From NCBI GenBank assembly GCA_963675495.1, contig OY776215.1, positions 672,001 to 736,000 of the forward strand: DNA of 64,000 nt, in the 5' to 3' direction. The DNA is from an uncultured Methanolobus sp. GTDB taxonomy: Archaea > Halobacteriota > Methanosarcinia > Methanosarcinales > Methanosarcinaceae. Position 1 is the stretch's first letter. Every line of letters starts with the position of its first letter. The notes under the pieces are model-generated. The model saw only the letters and a program-made list of their open reading frames with translations. It had not been told where the DNA came from and made no database searches. Made by a program: the position numbers and the translations under genes. Positions 28,213-38,641 of this stretch are shown here, piece by piece.

Positions 28213-29910
28213 ATGACTGAATCGACGGAAAAAATGACAGGTGCAAGAGCCTTCATCGAGTGCCTGTACAGAGAAGGTGTTGATACCATCTTCGGGTATC
28301 CGGGAGGCGTACTGCTCCCCATATACGATGAACTCTACGATGCGGATATCCGTCATATACTAGTCCGCCACGAACAGGCTGCCGCCCACGCAGCAGAAGG
28401 ATACGCAAGAGCAACTGGAAAGACAGGTGTCTGCCTTGCGACTTCAGGACCAGGTGCAACAAACCTTGTAACAGGCATTGCAAATGCCTACATGGACTCC
28501 ATACCAATGGTAATCTTCACCGGACAGGTACCAAGCTCCCTGCTTGGAAATGATGCTTTCCAGGAAGCAAACATTACCGGCATCACAATGCCAATTACCA
28601 AGCACAATTACCTTGTACAGGATGCAAATGAGCTTCCAAGAATTATCAAAGAAGCGTTTCATATCGCATCCACAGGCAGACAGGGACCGGTACTCATTGA
28701 TCTTCCGAAGGATGTTACTGTTCAGGAAATTGATTTCTACTACCCCGATAAAGTAGAACTGCGAGGATACAAGCCCACATATCAGGGTAACCTCCAGCAG
28801 ATAAAAAAGGCAGCTTCTAAGATAGAAATGTCAAAGAATCCTGTTATTTATGCAGGTGGCGGGGTCATTAGTTCAGATGCAAGCAAAGAGCTTCTCGAAT
28901 TTGCAGAGAAGATCAACGCCCCCGTAACAACAACCCTTACAGGAATGGGCGGCTTCCCTGTAGAACACCCTTTGTTTTTGGGAATGCCAGGCATGCATGG
29001 AACCAAATATGCTAACTATGCCATCCAGGAATCAGACCTTTTGATCGCAGTTGGAGCAAGGTTCGATGACCGGGTCACAGGCAAGCTCAAAGCATTTGCA
29101 TCCAATGCAAAGATAATCCACATAGACATCGATCCTGCAGAGATCTCGAAGAATGTAAAGGTTGACGTACCAATTGTAGGAGATGCAAAGTGGATACTCC
29201 AAAAACTATTGAAGTACTCATCCCCATCACAATCCGAAGCATGGATAAAGAGGATAGACCACTGGAAGAAGGACAATCCTCTCTACTACGTGGAGCCTGC
29301 AACTGGTGATGGAATTAAACCCCAGTACATAATGGAGCAGATAAGTGAGGCATGTAAGGATGCCATTATCGTTACCGAAGTAGGACAGCATCAGATGTGG
29401 GCTGCCCAGTACTTCAGATTCAGCGAAGCAAGGACCTTTATCACATCCGGAGGACTTGGAACCATGGGTTACGGATTCCCTGCATCCATCGGTGCCAAGA
29501 TAGCAAGACCTGACAAAGTAGTCTTTGATATTGCAGGTGACGGCTCATTCCAGATGAACTCACAAGAACTTGCAACAGCAGTTCAGGAAAATGTACCTGT
29601 AATAGTAGCGATCTTCAACAATGGCTACCTTGGAATGGTCAGACAATGGCAGGAACTGTTCCACGATAAGAGATACTCTTCAACCTGCATACAAGATAGT
29701 GTCGACTTCGTGAAACTTGCAGAAGCATACGGTGCACTTGGACTTCGAGCCACCAAACGTGATGAAGTACGTCCGGCCATTGAACAGGCTATCGCTTCAG
29801 GAAGACCCACAGTAATTGATTTTGTTGTGGAATGCGAAGAGAATGTATCACCAATGGTACCGGCAGGTGCTGCAATTAACGAAATAATGGACCTGGAGAA
29901 GAAAGAATGA
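28213..29910 (+). CDS. ilvB: Acetolactate synthase large subunit
   Basis: [42 protein letters not shown]. Confidence 0.96.
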   Translation: MTESTEKMTGARAFIECLYREGVDTIFGYPGGVLLPIYDELYDADIRHILVRHEQAAAHAAEGYARATGKTGVCLATSGPGATNLVTGIANAYMDSIPMVIFTGQVPSSLLGNDAFQEANITGITMPITKHNYLVQDANELPRIIKEAFHIASTGRQGPVLIDLPKDVTVQEIDFYYPDKVELRGYKPTYQGNLQQIKKAASKIEMSKNPVIYAGGGVISSDASKELLEFAEKINAPVTTTLTGMGGFPVEHPLFLGMPGMHGTKYANYAIQESDLLIAVGARFDDRVTGKLKAFASNAKIIHIDIDPAEISKNVKVDVPIVGDAKWILQKLLKYSSPSQSEAWIKRIDHWKKDNPLYYVEPATGDGIKPQYIMEQISEACKDAIIVTEVGQHQMWAAQYFRFSEARTFITSGGLGTMGYGFPASIGAKIARPDKVVFDIAGDGSFQMNSQELATAVQENVPVIVAIFNNGYLGMVRQWQELFHDKRYSSTCIQDSVDFVKLAEAYGALGLRATKRDEVRPAIEQAIASGRPTVIDFVVECEENVSPMVPAGAAINEIMDLEKKE

Positions 29911-30392
29911 GACATACACTTGCAGTTCTGGTTGAGAACAAATATGGAGTACTCTCAAGAGTCGCAGGCATGTTCTCAAGAAGAGGTTACAATATTGACA
30001 GCCTGACAGTAGGAGTCACTGATGACCCCACCATGTCCCGCATGACAATTGTGGTAATGGGAGATGATGATGTCCTGGAACAGGTCACTAAGCAACTTAA
30101 TAAGCTCATTGATGTCATCAGGGTTACAGATCTCCAATCAGAAGAGTCCGTTGAAAGAGAACTAGCACTCATAAAAGTTAACTCAGATGTCACCAACCGC
30201 TCCGAGATTATGCAGATAGCAGACGTATTCCGTGCCCACATCATTGATGTTGGTTCTAAATCCATGACCGTTGAGGTCACAGGTGACGAAGGCAAGATAA
30301 CTGCCATCGAGCAATTACTCAAACCCTTTGGAATAAAGGAAATGGTAAGGACCGGAAAAGTTGCCCTCAGTAGAGGACAGAAGAATTCTTAA
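29907..30392 (+). CDS. ilvN: Acetolactate synthase small regulatory subunit
   Basis: [42 protein letters not shown]; ATGA overlap with ilvB. Confidence 0.95.
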   Translation: MRHTLAVLVENKYGVLSRVAGMFSRRGYNIDSLTVGVTDDPTMSRMTIVVMGDDDVLEQVTKQLNKLIDVIRVTDLQSEESVERELALIKVNSDVTNRSEIMQIADVFRAHIIDVGSKSMTVEVTGDEGKITAIEQLLKPFGIKEMVRTGKVALSRGQKNS

Positions 30393-30436
30393 TTATTCAG
30401 AGACTTATAGATATTTCAATTAAAGAGGCACATACA

Positions 30437-31444
30437 ATGGCAGAAATGTATTATGATAACGATGCAGACCTTAACTTACTGAAAGGTAAGAAGATCGCAG
30501 TGATGGGTTACGGAAGTCAGGGACATGCACAGGCACAGAACCTGCATGACTCAGGACTTGATGTGACCGTGGGCTTAAGAGAAGGCAGCAGACGCTGGAA
30601 ACAGGCAGAAGAAGATGGACTAAAGGTCATGACAGTTGCAGATGCAGCAAAGATGGCTGATGTAATTCAGATACTCCTCCCAGACGAAGTGCAGTCGCAG
30701 GTATATTACAGCGAGATCGAACCAGGACTTGAGGCAGGTAACGCAATCGTATTCTCACACGGATTCAACATCCACTATAACCAGATAATCCCACAGAAGG
30801 ATATCGATGTCTACATGGTAGCTCCAAAAAGCCCGGGCCACCTTGTCAGGAGAACATACAGGGACGGAGCAGGTGTACCAGGACTTATCGCAGTCTATCA
30901 GGATGCGAGCGGCAACGCAAAGAACCTGGCTCTGGCACACGCAATGGGAGTAGGATGTACACGTGCAGGAGTATACGAGACATCATTCCGCGAGGAAACT
31001 GAGACCGATCTTTTCGGAGAACAGGTAGACCTCTGTGGCGGAGTTGCTTCACTTATCAAAACATCTTTTGAAGTTCTTGTTGAAGCAGGGTACCAGCCGG
31101 AAATGGCATACTTTGAGACATGTCACGAGTTGAAACTCATCGTTGACCTTATCCATGAAGGTGGCCTTGACAAAATGTGGTACTCAGTATCCAACACCGC
31201 AGAGTATGGCGGAATGACAGTTGGCCCTAAGGTCATAAACGAGCTTTCCAGGGAAGCTATGTACGAGGCCCTTGACAGAATCCAGAACGGAGAGTTCGCT
31301 CGCGAGTTTGTACTTGAAGGCAAGGCAAACAGACCGGTCCTTACTGCAATGGAAAGACAGGACAGGGAACACCCATTGGAAGTCATAGGTAAGCAGATCA
31401 GAGCCAAGATGCCCTGGTTGAACAACGAATTAAATGAAGAGTAG
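30437..31444 (+). CDS. ilvC: Ketol-acid reductoisomerase
   Basis: [38 protein letters not shown]. Confidence 0.97.
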   Translation: MAEMYYDNDADLNLLKGKKIAVMGYGSQGHAQAQNLHDSGLDVTVGLREGSRRWKQAEEDGLKVMTVADAAKMADVIQILLPDEVQSQVYYSEIEPGLEAGNAIVFSHGFNIHYNQIIPQKDIDVYMVAPKSPGHLVRRTYRDGAGVPGLIAVYQDASGNAKNLALAHAMGVGCTRAGVYETSFREETETDLFGEQVDLCGGVASLIKTSFEVLVEAGYQPEMAYFETCHELKLIVDLIHEGGLDKMWYSVSNTAEYGGMTVGPKVINELSREAMYEALDRIQNGEFAREFVLEGKANRPVLTAMERQDREHPLEVIGKQIRAKMPWLNNELNEE

Positions 31445-31470
31445 ACCCTTTGGTCTACACAATATTTTTT
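31441..31470 (+). terminator. Hairpin plus T-tract after ilvC
   Basis: GTAGACC-cttt-GGTCTAC followed by ATATTTTTTT. Confidence 0.55.
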
Positions 31471-31518
31471 TGTTATTTATGTCAATTTGGGTTTAACTAA
31501 TACCCATATATTTTGCCC

Positions 31519-31743
31519 TTAGAATGAATTGATCAATCTCTCATTGAGTTTGTGCCTTTCATCTTTAATATCTGCGATCTCGCGCTCTATTTGACCCTTT
31601 TGAACCATCAATTCTGCTTTTTTATCTTCATTGATAGTTTTGTAAAGATCCCTGATGATAATATCCAACTCATCTTCAAGATCCATGAGTTCATAGCCTA
31701 GTCTGGTTGCCTTTTTATCGAGCCCAATAATGTCTTCATTCAT
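31519..31743 (-). CDS. Small coiled-coil hypothetical protein
   Basis: GGGGT SD then ATG; heptad-like charged helix; 17 bp downstream of the 418-aa gene. Confidence 0.7.
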   Translation of the reverse strand: MNEDIIGLDKKATRLGYELMDLEDELDIIIRDLYKTINEDKKAELMVQKGQIEREIADIKDERHKLNERLINSF

Positions 31744-31760
31744 CTTACCCCACGCCCAAC

Positions 31761-33017
31761 TTACAATTTAAATGATAGCAATTTAATAAAATCGATTCTT
31801 GGTGAATATATAGCACCTGCACTTCTCAATGAAGCAAGAGCATTTGATAGCTCAAACGGTGTAAGCAGAGACATATTTTCAACATCCACCATTGAAATGA
31901 TTACATCAATACCAAAAGTATCCTCTAGTTGCAAATACAATTGAGCCGCTTCTTTGGGTAAACGAAATATTTCACCAGGAGACAAATTGGATTTCCGGAA
32001 CTTAGATGCATGTGCGAACATGTCCATCCATATATCAAATCCGTCACGTACATTGGAAACAGAAACATTATTGCTAAAATTCATTCGGGCGATGCTTGAA
32101 CCCAGTTTAGGAGCAGCAGCACCAAGGTCTTGCTTGTAAACGAAATTACCTGAGTTTGTGAATGTTTCTGTCATGTCATATATTCGATCAGTCAGACATT
32201 TTTCTGCTTTTTGTGAGATTTCCGGTTGAAACATTAAAGCATCCAGAAGATGAGCCCTTACAAAGGGTATCTCAAAAGACACATCAGCAGAATAAGCAGA
32301 TTTGGGACGCATCTCAGCATCAAAAACAATAGGCACATGTACAAACGTCTCTTTCGGCATGAGTATTGAGAGATTTACTTCCCTGCTGCCTAATGGATTC
32401 ACATTCTTTTCAAGCTCAGAAGAACTGTAAAAATAAGGAGACTTTGTACTTTTAAATTCTCTGGGAATTAATTTCTGTAGAGAAATAAAGGAATCCCAGC
32501 CGCTTTTCTTTGCAATTATACCAGAATCAATTCCACCTTTTTCATTGATACCAATTGCATTTGATGAAACCGAACACATTGCAAGACACTTGGAAATGTT
32601 ATCCAGATTTTCATCTGCACTATGAAATGGATGCTTAAAAAAATTAACATACTCTTCCTGATCCATTACTTTTCTGTGAAGGAGTTTTTTAGGGTCGACT
32701 TTTTTCCACGCTTTCACATGCCTGATATCAATGTTAACGAGATTATCAAATGTGCCCCTGACAACTCTTTCTGTTTCAAAGGATGTGACTTTGATCAGCT
32801 CATTGTTGTTTGGTGTCGGGACAGATTCATCGGAGATTATATAGAACTCTCTTTTTGGTGTAGGGAGAAAAGGGGAAGGATCCAGATAAAAAAGATGCCT
32901 GCTTCGGCCATCAAATCGGACAAAGCCCATCTCATCACTATCAAATATGAGTTTGTGCTCCACACCAGAGAGCTCATAACCAAACTCGCGGTTTTTCAGG
33001 GTTTGTCTTCTGACCAT
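31761..33017 (-). CDS. Degenerate MCM-like protein (AAA+ lid and winged helix kept, Walker motifs absent)
   Basis: QPEISQKAEKCL, KLGSSIARMNFSNNVSVSNV and LRSAGAIYSPR..IKLL resemble the MCM C-terminal region; no GxxGxGKS or DE motif. Confidence 0.6.
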   Translation of the reverse strand: MVRRQTLKNREFGYELSGVEHKLIFDSDEMGFVRFDGRSRHLFYLDPSPFLPTPKREFYIISDESVPTPNNNELIKVTSFETERVVRGTFDNLVNIDIRHVKAWKKVDPKKLLHRKVMDQEEYVNFFKHPFHSADENLDNISKCLAMCSVSSNAIGINEKGGIDSGIIAKKSGWDSFISLQKLIPREFKSTKSPYFYSSSELEKNVNPLGSREVNLSILMPKETFVHVPIVFDAEMRPKSAYSADVSFEIPFVRAHLLDALMFQPEISQKAEKCLTDRIYDMTETFTNSGNFVYKQDLGAAAPKLGSSIARMNFSNNVSVSNVRDGFDIWMDMFAHASKFRKSNLSPGEIFRLPKEAAQLYLQLEDTFGIDVIISMVDVENMSLLTPFELSNALASLRSAGAIYSPRIDFIKLLSFKL

Positions 33018-33185
33018 ACCATGACCTTAATGTTATTGGTTGATAAGTTTTATTCAACTTCAGGTCAAAAGACGTGTAATCCAACTTGTAAACTGCAATC
33101 TTATGATGCACCTAACCTATAAGTATCCGGAAATCAGTATTTTGGGTATTCACATCACAATTAATGCAGCAGAGGTAGCTAGAAC

Positions 33186-33707
33186 ATGAAAGGAACAATC
33201 GATACCATATTATCAAGACGCAGCATCCGTAACTTCACATCAGAAGAAATCAAAGAGGAAGATATCAAAACAATACTTGAAGCAGGCAGATGGGCACCAT
33301 CCGGACTCAATAACCAGCCATGGAAATTTATTGTGATCAAAAACAAAGGAATCATGAAGGAACTGGCAACCTGCACGCACTACACCAATATTATTTTGAA
33401 TGCACCGTTGTTGATAGCTGTTTATCTGGACCTTGATACGATGTATAATAAGACTAAGGACATCCAGGCCATAGGAGCATCCATACAGAATATGCTTCTG
33501 GCATGCTGTGATCTTGAACTTGGAGCTGTCTGGCTGGGAGAGATATTAAACAACTCAAATAAAGTAAACTTGATTCTGAATTGTCCTGATGATGTAGAGC
33601 TTATGGCAGTACTTGCAATCGGCAAACCTGCAGATAGTGGGAAAAAGGGTATCAGAAAAGATCTGAGTGAGATAGCATACACTGAAAAGTATGGGGAGTC
33701 ATTTTAA
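33186..33707 (+). CDS. Nitroreductase-family protein
   Basis: RRSIRNF, AGRWAPSGLNNQPWKF, QNMLLA...LGAVW. Confidence 0.93.
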   Translation: MKGTIDTILSRRSIRNFTSEEIKEEDIKTILEAGRWAPSGLNNQPWKFIVIKNKGIMKELATCTHYTNIILNAPLLIAVYLDLDTMYNKTKDIQAIGASIQNMLLACCDLELGAVWLGEILNNSNKVNLILNCPDDVELMAVLAIGKPADSGKKGIRKDLSEIAYTEKYGESF

Positions 33708-33723
33708 CTAGAATATGGAGGCT

Positions 33724-33834
33724 GAGACGAATTGAAAGTAACCTTTTGTGTTGTGTAGATTGGTTGGAGGTGGTAGATTTGTATGACCCATTTATAGTGG
33801 AATATAATCAGGAAACAGGCCTGCAATTCGTCTC
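33724..33834 (-). ncRNA. Candidate anti-SD small RNA (element A)
   Basis: 11-bp terminal inverted repeat GAGACGAATTG/CAATTCGTCTC; internal CCACCUCC; minus-strand TTATATAC 31 nt upstream; motifs shared with the 43.0 kb element. Confidence 0.5.
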
Positions 33835-33930
33835 TAATTCATAAAATAGATTTCATCGTATATAAGTGTTTGTCAATTTTAAAGATAAATCAAGGAAAAC
33901 TGATTTACCATTTAATCCATTTTGCTTGAT

Positions 33931-36258
33931 TCAAGTAGATTTTCTCTTCTTCCCGGCACACTGTCGATTGGCACAGAACTCCACAGCATCCTTTTTTTGC
34001 TCTTTGACACGCAACATGTGCCACCCACAATGCTCACATAAAGTACTGAGAACTGTAAGTCTACCTGATTTAGGAACTGATTGTGTGTGTCCACACCTGT
34101 TGGTGCAGCCGAGGAAACGGGAATCTTTCACAGATATGACAAACATCGATCCATCACAAACAGGACACGGGCCTACAACTTCAGGAGGGAAACATTTCTT
34201 TTCCATATCACACGTAAAACAGGGGCCAATTCCCACAGCCCAGTTGTATTTATTGCCGACCTTAAGAACCGTAACTCCACCTTTAATGCACTCCTGGGAA
34301 CGCAGGACTGTAAGCGCGCCCGCCTTTGGCAGAGGATATGTATTTTTACACTGAGGATAACCAGTGCAACCCACAAACCTTCCTTTATCGGTCTTGATCA
34401 TATGCAATATTCGTCCACATTCAGGACAGGTCCCTACAAAATTCTTTTTATCAGTGGTTACCTGCTCATCGGTGATGGTACCTGCCATTCTTGTAGCGAT
34501 CGCATCCTTGCTTGAGTTTAGCTGGGAATACATTTCCTTGATAAGCAGAGTCCCTTCATCAAGAGCAGCAGCAAGCGTCTTTTTCCCGTCTTCTACATCC
34601 TGTATCAAAGATTCTATACGAGCCCTTATCTCAGGTTTTACAAGTATTGCCACAGTTGTATCGAGTGTATCCATCAAGGTAAAACCAGTATCTAAAATGG
34701 AAATTGTCTTACCTTTTGTTTCAAAATAGCCTCGTTTCTTATTAGTCTCAATATGACTGGGGGCTGTTGCCTTGGTACCAATGCCATGCTTGTCCATCAA
34801 AGTAAGAAGTTCTGCCTCGGTAAGTCTTTTAGGAGGATTGGTCGCAGACTTGATGTTCTTTATTTTCTTAACATCAACCTCCTCCTTTTCATCGATAGCA
34901 GGCAGTAGTTTATCGTTCTTGGTCTCAAACGGATATACATCAAGCCATCCAGAATCCCTTAGCACTGAACCCGTGACGTCAAATATTTCCCCACCAACGA
35001 TTATTTCGAACCTTGTTTTCTCAAATACGGCAGGGTTCATGAGGTTTGCAAGGAAATGTCTCACGATAAGATCATAGACCTTCCATGCATCCGGCATCCT
35101 GACACTCCGCTCCACGTCATCCCTTGAAGCTGCTTTGATGGGGTGTATAGGAGGGTGATCGTGTCCATCTTTTGTACCATTCCTGCACTTAATATCCCCG
35201 GCAGAGAGTATTGAAAGCGCATGTTTTTGGAAAATACCTGATGAGAAAGACACCAGCTTTGAGCGGAAATCAAAATCATCAGCATATTTGTTGGTCTCCG
35301 TCCTTGGATAACTGGTAAAACCTGAAAGATATAGTTGCTCTGCTATCTCAAGGGCATTTTCAGGACTTATGCCCAGAAATTTGGAAGCACGCTTCAGGAA
35401 CTCAGTTGTATTTAGCGGATACGGAGGATTTGTAAGAACGTTTTTCACGGTTTTTTTGTCCACAAGACCTTTCTTACAATTCTTTATCCGGGCAAATATT
35501 TCATCAGCCTTTGCTTTTTCAGAAATATGCCCGCCCCTGTAAGCACCTGTAAAATCCGTACCATTTTTATTGAAAACAGCTTCTATTTTCCAGAAATCCT
35601 TTGATTGGAAGTTTTTTATAAGCTTCTCCCTCTCGTAGACAAAACCACAGGTTGGAGTCTGGCAAGGACCGATTGATATCACACCCTTGGTACGAGCCCT
35701 TTCCCTGACTGCAAGGGTCATGAAACGGGTGAACGCAGCACCCATTTTAAGGTCAAGTATCTGGCGGGCCTCTGCTGACATTGCCATATTATAATCCGGT
35801 TCAACAAGATTTGCAAAAGCTTTTTTAATCTCACTTGCAGAAAGTGAAGAAAAACGTGCTCTTTTAACCGGAAAGGAAGCTACTTTCTCAGCAATCGCCT
35901 TTGCCTCAAATCCTATGTTTTCCCCTTCCCTGTCAAAATCACATGCAAGAACAACTTCCTCAGCACCTGCAGCGAGAAGTGAAATTGCAGCTGCAAAAGG
36001 TTTCTTGGTGACGTTCTTTACAGGATCAGTATCAAGCAGGATCGCAGGATCACATTCACGCCAGTTATTGTATTTTTCAGGAAAATCATAGCCCATGATG
36101 TGCCCGGCAAGACCCATTATACGCCATTCTTTCCCATTCATTTTAAAGTCGTACACTGAAACACCCTCCACAGAAGCGCGATTGAAATGCCCTTCGCTAA
36201 GTATACCTGCTATCTGGGAAGCTGCCTTGTTCTTTTCCGTGAATACGACTATAGACAT
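33931..36258 (-). CDS. topA: Type IA DNA topoisomerase with C-terminal zinc ribbons
   Basis: TEK TOPRIM, ACDFDREGENIG, SYPRTET active site, GIGTKAT, several CxxC ribbons. Confidence 0.93.
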   Translation of the reverse strand: MSIVVFTEKNKAASQIAGILSEGHFNRASVEGVSVYDFKMNGKEWRIMGLAGHIMGYDFPEKYNNWRECDPAILLDTDPVKNVTKKPFAAAISLLAAGAEEVVLACDFDREGENIGFEAKAIAEKVASFPVKRARFSSLSASEIKKAFANLVEPDYNMAMSAEARQILDLKMGAAFTRFMTLAVRERARTKGVISIGPCQTPTCGFVYEREKLIKNFQSKDFWKIEAVFNKNGTDFTGAYRGGHISEKAKADEIFARIKNCKKGLVDKKTVKNVLTNPPYPLNTTEFLKRASKFLGISPENALEIAEQLYLSGFTSYPRTETNKYADDFDFRSKLVSFSSGIFQKHALSILSAGDIKCRNGTKDGHDHPPIHPIKAASRDDVERSVRMPDAWKVYDLIVRHFLANLMNPAVFEKTRFEIIVGGEIFDVTGSVLRDSGWLDVYPFETKNDKLLPAIDEKEEVDVKKIKNIKSATNPPKRLTEAELLTLMDKHGIGTKATAPSHIETNKKRGYFETKGKTISILDTGFTLMDTLDTTVAILVKPEIRARIESLIQDVEDGKKTLAAALDEGTLLIKEMYSQLNSSKDAIATRMAGTITDEQVTTDKKNFVGTCPECGRILHMIKTDKGRFVGCTGYPQCKNTYPLPKAGALTVLRSQECIKGGVTVLKVGNKYNWAVGIGPCFTCDMEKKCFPPEVVGPCPVCDGSMFVISVKDSRFLGCTNRCGHTQSVPKSGRLTVLSTLCEHCGWHMLRVKEQKKDAVEFCANRQCAGKKRKST

Positions 36259-36419
36259 GCTGCTCCCCTATGTTCTGATATTAGATAAGAATTGAGCTTG
36301 CGGGGTGAAAGTAATACGTAGCTCAAGTATTGATAAATATTCAATAAGTACTGTGAAAGATATATATGTGGCAAGAATGTATCTGCACCTAAACAAGAAT
36401 ACTGCATACCGGAGCTACA

Positions 36420-37703
36420 ATGACACTAATGGAAGATGCAAAAAAAGGCATAATAACACCCCAGATGGAAGCTGTTGCCAGAGATGAAGGCATTGATGCT
36501 AAAACTATCTGTTCCTGTGTTGCCAAGGGAACAATCAGTATCCCCAATAACCCTGTAAGGGACTGCAGGGTCATAGGTATAGGTAAATATCTCAGTACAA
36601 AGGTAAACGCTAATATCGGAACCTCTCGCGATTACATTAATATTGATGAAGAAGTTGAGAAGGCAAAAACAGCAGAAACCTTTGGTGCAGACGCACTCAT
36701 GGACCTGTCAACAGGCGGCGATCTGGACCTTATCAGGAAAAAGATAATGGATGCTGTGAACATCCCTATAGGCTCTGTTCCAATATATCAGGCTGCAGCT
36801 TCAAAAAAGACTGTTGTGGACATGACCTCTGATGACATGTTCAATGCCGTACGCAAACATGCAAAAGATGGTATTGACTTTGTCACCATACATGCCGGTG
36901 TGAATCAGGATTCCATGGAGAGGATCAAACAAGGTGACAGAATAACAGATATCGTCAGTCGTGGTGGCTCATTCACCCTTGCGTGGATGCTGCACAATGG
37001 AGAAGACAACCCTTTTTATTCAGAGTACGATTACCTGCTGGAGATTGCCCATGAGTATGATATGGCCGTGAGTCTTGGAGACGGCATGAGACCCGGATGC
37101 ATCCATGATGCTTCTGACGGCCCTTCCTTTATGGAATTCATAACACTTGGAGAACTTGTAAGACGTACACGGGAAGCAAACATACAGTGTTTTGTTGAAG
37201 GACCCGGACACGTCCCTATTGACGAAGTAGAACTCAGTGTGAAAGGAATGAAAAGCCTGTGCAATAATGCCCCCCTCTATCTTTTGGGTCCGCTTGTGAC
37301 AGATATTGCACCCGGATACGACCACATAACCGGAGCCATAGGAGGCACTTTAGCCGGAATGTACGGGACTGATTTCCTGTGCATGACCACACCAGCCGAG
37401 CATCTGGCACTACCAACTAATGATGATATCCGTGAAGGAACCATCGTTACTAAAATTGCAGCTCATGCAGCAGACCTTACAAAAGAAGGGCAGAAAGAAC
37501 GTGCAAGAGCGGTTGATGATAAAATGGCACATGCACGTAAAAACCTGGATTGGGACACACAGTTCGACCTTGCAATAGATGGAGAAAAAGCAAAGAGCAT
37601 AAGGGATAGCAGGAACACAGGAAGCGGAGCATGTTCCATGTGCGGTGATCTGTGTGCTATGAAAATAGTAAGCAAGGCACTTGAAGAAGAGAAAAAAAGG
37701 TGA
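36420..37703 (+). CDS. thiC: ThiC-family radical SAM enzyme (phosphomethylpyrimidine synthase or BzaF-like paralog)
   Basis: [49 protein letters not shown]. Confidence 0.85.
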   Translation: MTLMEDAKKGIITPQMEAVARDEGIDAKTICSCVAKGTISIPNNPVRDCRVIGIGKYLSTKVNANIGTSRDYINIDEEVEKAKTAETFGADALMDLSTGGDLDLIRKKIMDAVNIPIGSVPIYQAAASKKTVVDMTSDDMFNAVRKHAKDGIDFVTIHAGVNQDSMERIKQGDRITDIVSRGGSFTLAWMLHNGEDNPFYSEYDYLLEIAHEYDMAVSLGDGMRPGCIHDASDGPSFMEFITLGELVRRTREANIQCFVEGPGHVPIDEVELSVKGMKSLCNNAPLYLLGPLVTDIAPGYDHITGAIGGTLAGMYGTDFLCMTTPAEHLALPTNDDIREGTIVTKIAAHAADLTKEGQKERARAVDDKMAHARKNLDWDTQFDLAIDGEKAKSIRDSRNTGSGACSMCGDLCAMKIVSKALEEEKKR

Positions 37704-37769
37704 CAACATAGTCACCTATTATTTCCCTGCAATGTAACTCTTTTAAACATTGAATGATAATTTTAATTT

Positions 37770-38606
37770 ATGAAGCTCACCGTCCTTCTGGATAACAATA
37801 CGATCATTGACCGGTATTTTTTAGGTGAACCAGGCGTTTCCTACTTTATAGAAGATAACGGAACAAGAATACTTTTCGATGTAGGATACTCTGATGCATT
37901 TCTTCAGAATGCACACAAAATGAAAATAGACCTTCTTAACCTGGACCATATCGTTTTGTCCCACGGTCATCTGGATCACACATGGGGACTTGATTCCATG
38001 GTAAGGATATTTACTGAAGCAAAAATAGAAGGGCTTTTGCATTCAGAACCCACTGTTGTTGCCCATCCATTAGTATTCAATAGCAAAACCTATGCAGGTC
38101 TAAAAGAGATCGGAAGTATTATTGGTGCAGAAAAACTCTCAAGGATATTCAAGCTAAAACTAAGCCGTGTGCCTTTGTGGCTGACTGAAAATATCGTATT
38201 TCTTGGAGAGATCCCCCGAATCTTTGATTTTGAACTAAATACACTGGAAAGCAAGGTCATAATAGATGGAAAAGAATACGAAGATGATCTTTCTGACGAT
38301 ACTGCCATTGCCATTAAGACTGAAAATGGTCTTGTCATCATCACAGGTTGTTCACATTCAGGAATTTGCAATATAATCGAATATGCTAAAAGTGTTTGCA
38401 ATGAAGATAGAATTGTAGATGTTGTAGGAGGTTTTCATTTGCTCCAACCACCAGAAGAAAAGATCAACAGAACAGTTGATTATTTCAGCAAACTCAATGC
38501 CCGGGAAGTTCACGCATGTCATTGCACAGACCTTATGTCAAAAATAGTTTTATCTAAAGTCTGTAAACTAAAAGAAGTAGGTTCTGGTCTGCGGCTTGAA
38601 TATTAG
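37770..38606 (+). CDS. Metallo-beta-lactamase-fold hydrolase
   Basis: ILFDVG, LSHGHLDHTWG, GCSHSG, GGFHL, CHCT. Confidence 0.88.
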   Translation: MKLTVLLDNNTIIDRYFLGEPGVSYFIEDNGTRILFDVGYSDAFLQNAHKMKIDLLNLDHIVLSHGHLDHTWGLDSMVRIFTEAKIEGLLHSEPTVVAHPLVFNSKTYAGLKEIGSIIGAEKLSRIFKLKLSRVPLWLTENIVFLGEIPRIFDFELNTLESKVIIDGKEYEDDLSDDTAIAIKTENGLVIITGCSHSGICNIIEYAKSVCNEDRIVDVVGGFHLLQPPEEKINRTVDYFSKLNAREVHACHCTDLMSKIVLSKVCKLKEVGSGLRLEY

Positions 38607-38641
38607 GAAGAAAAAAGAAAGGACCCAATAGTCCTCTCACA

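Noticed and set aside
31761-33017. MCM-like gene as part of an integrated plasmid or provirus
   Set aside because: No integrase, att repeats or tRNA nearby; it is flanked by housekeeping genes.
33724-33834. Element A as a MITE (11-bp terminal inverted repeats)
   Set aside because: No target-site duplication is visible, element B has different termini, and a promoter-like box is positioned at the stem; an RNA reading is preferred but a MITE is not fully excluded.
36259-36419. TPP riboswitch upstream of the thiC-family gene
   Set aside because: No TPP aptamer consensus; only a short TTGAGCT/AGCTCAA inverted repeat of unclear meaning.
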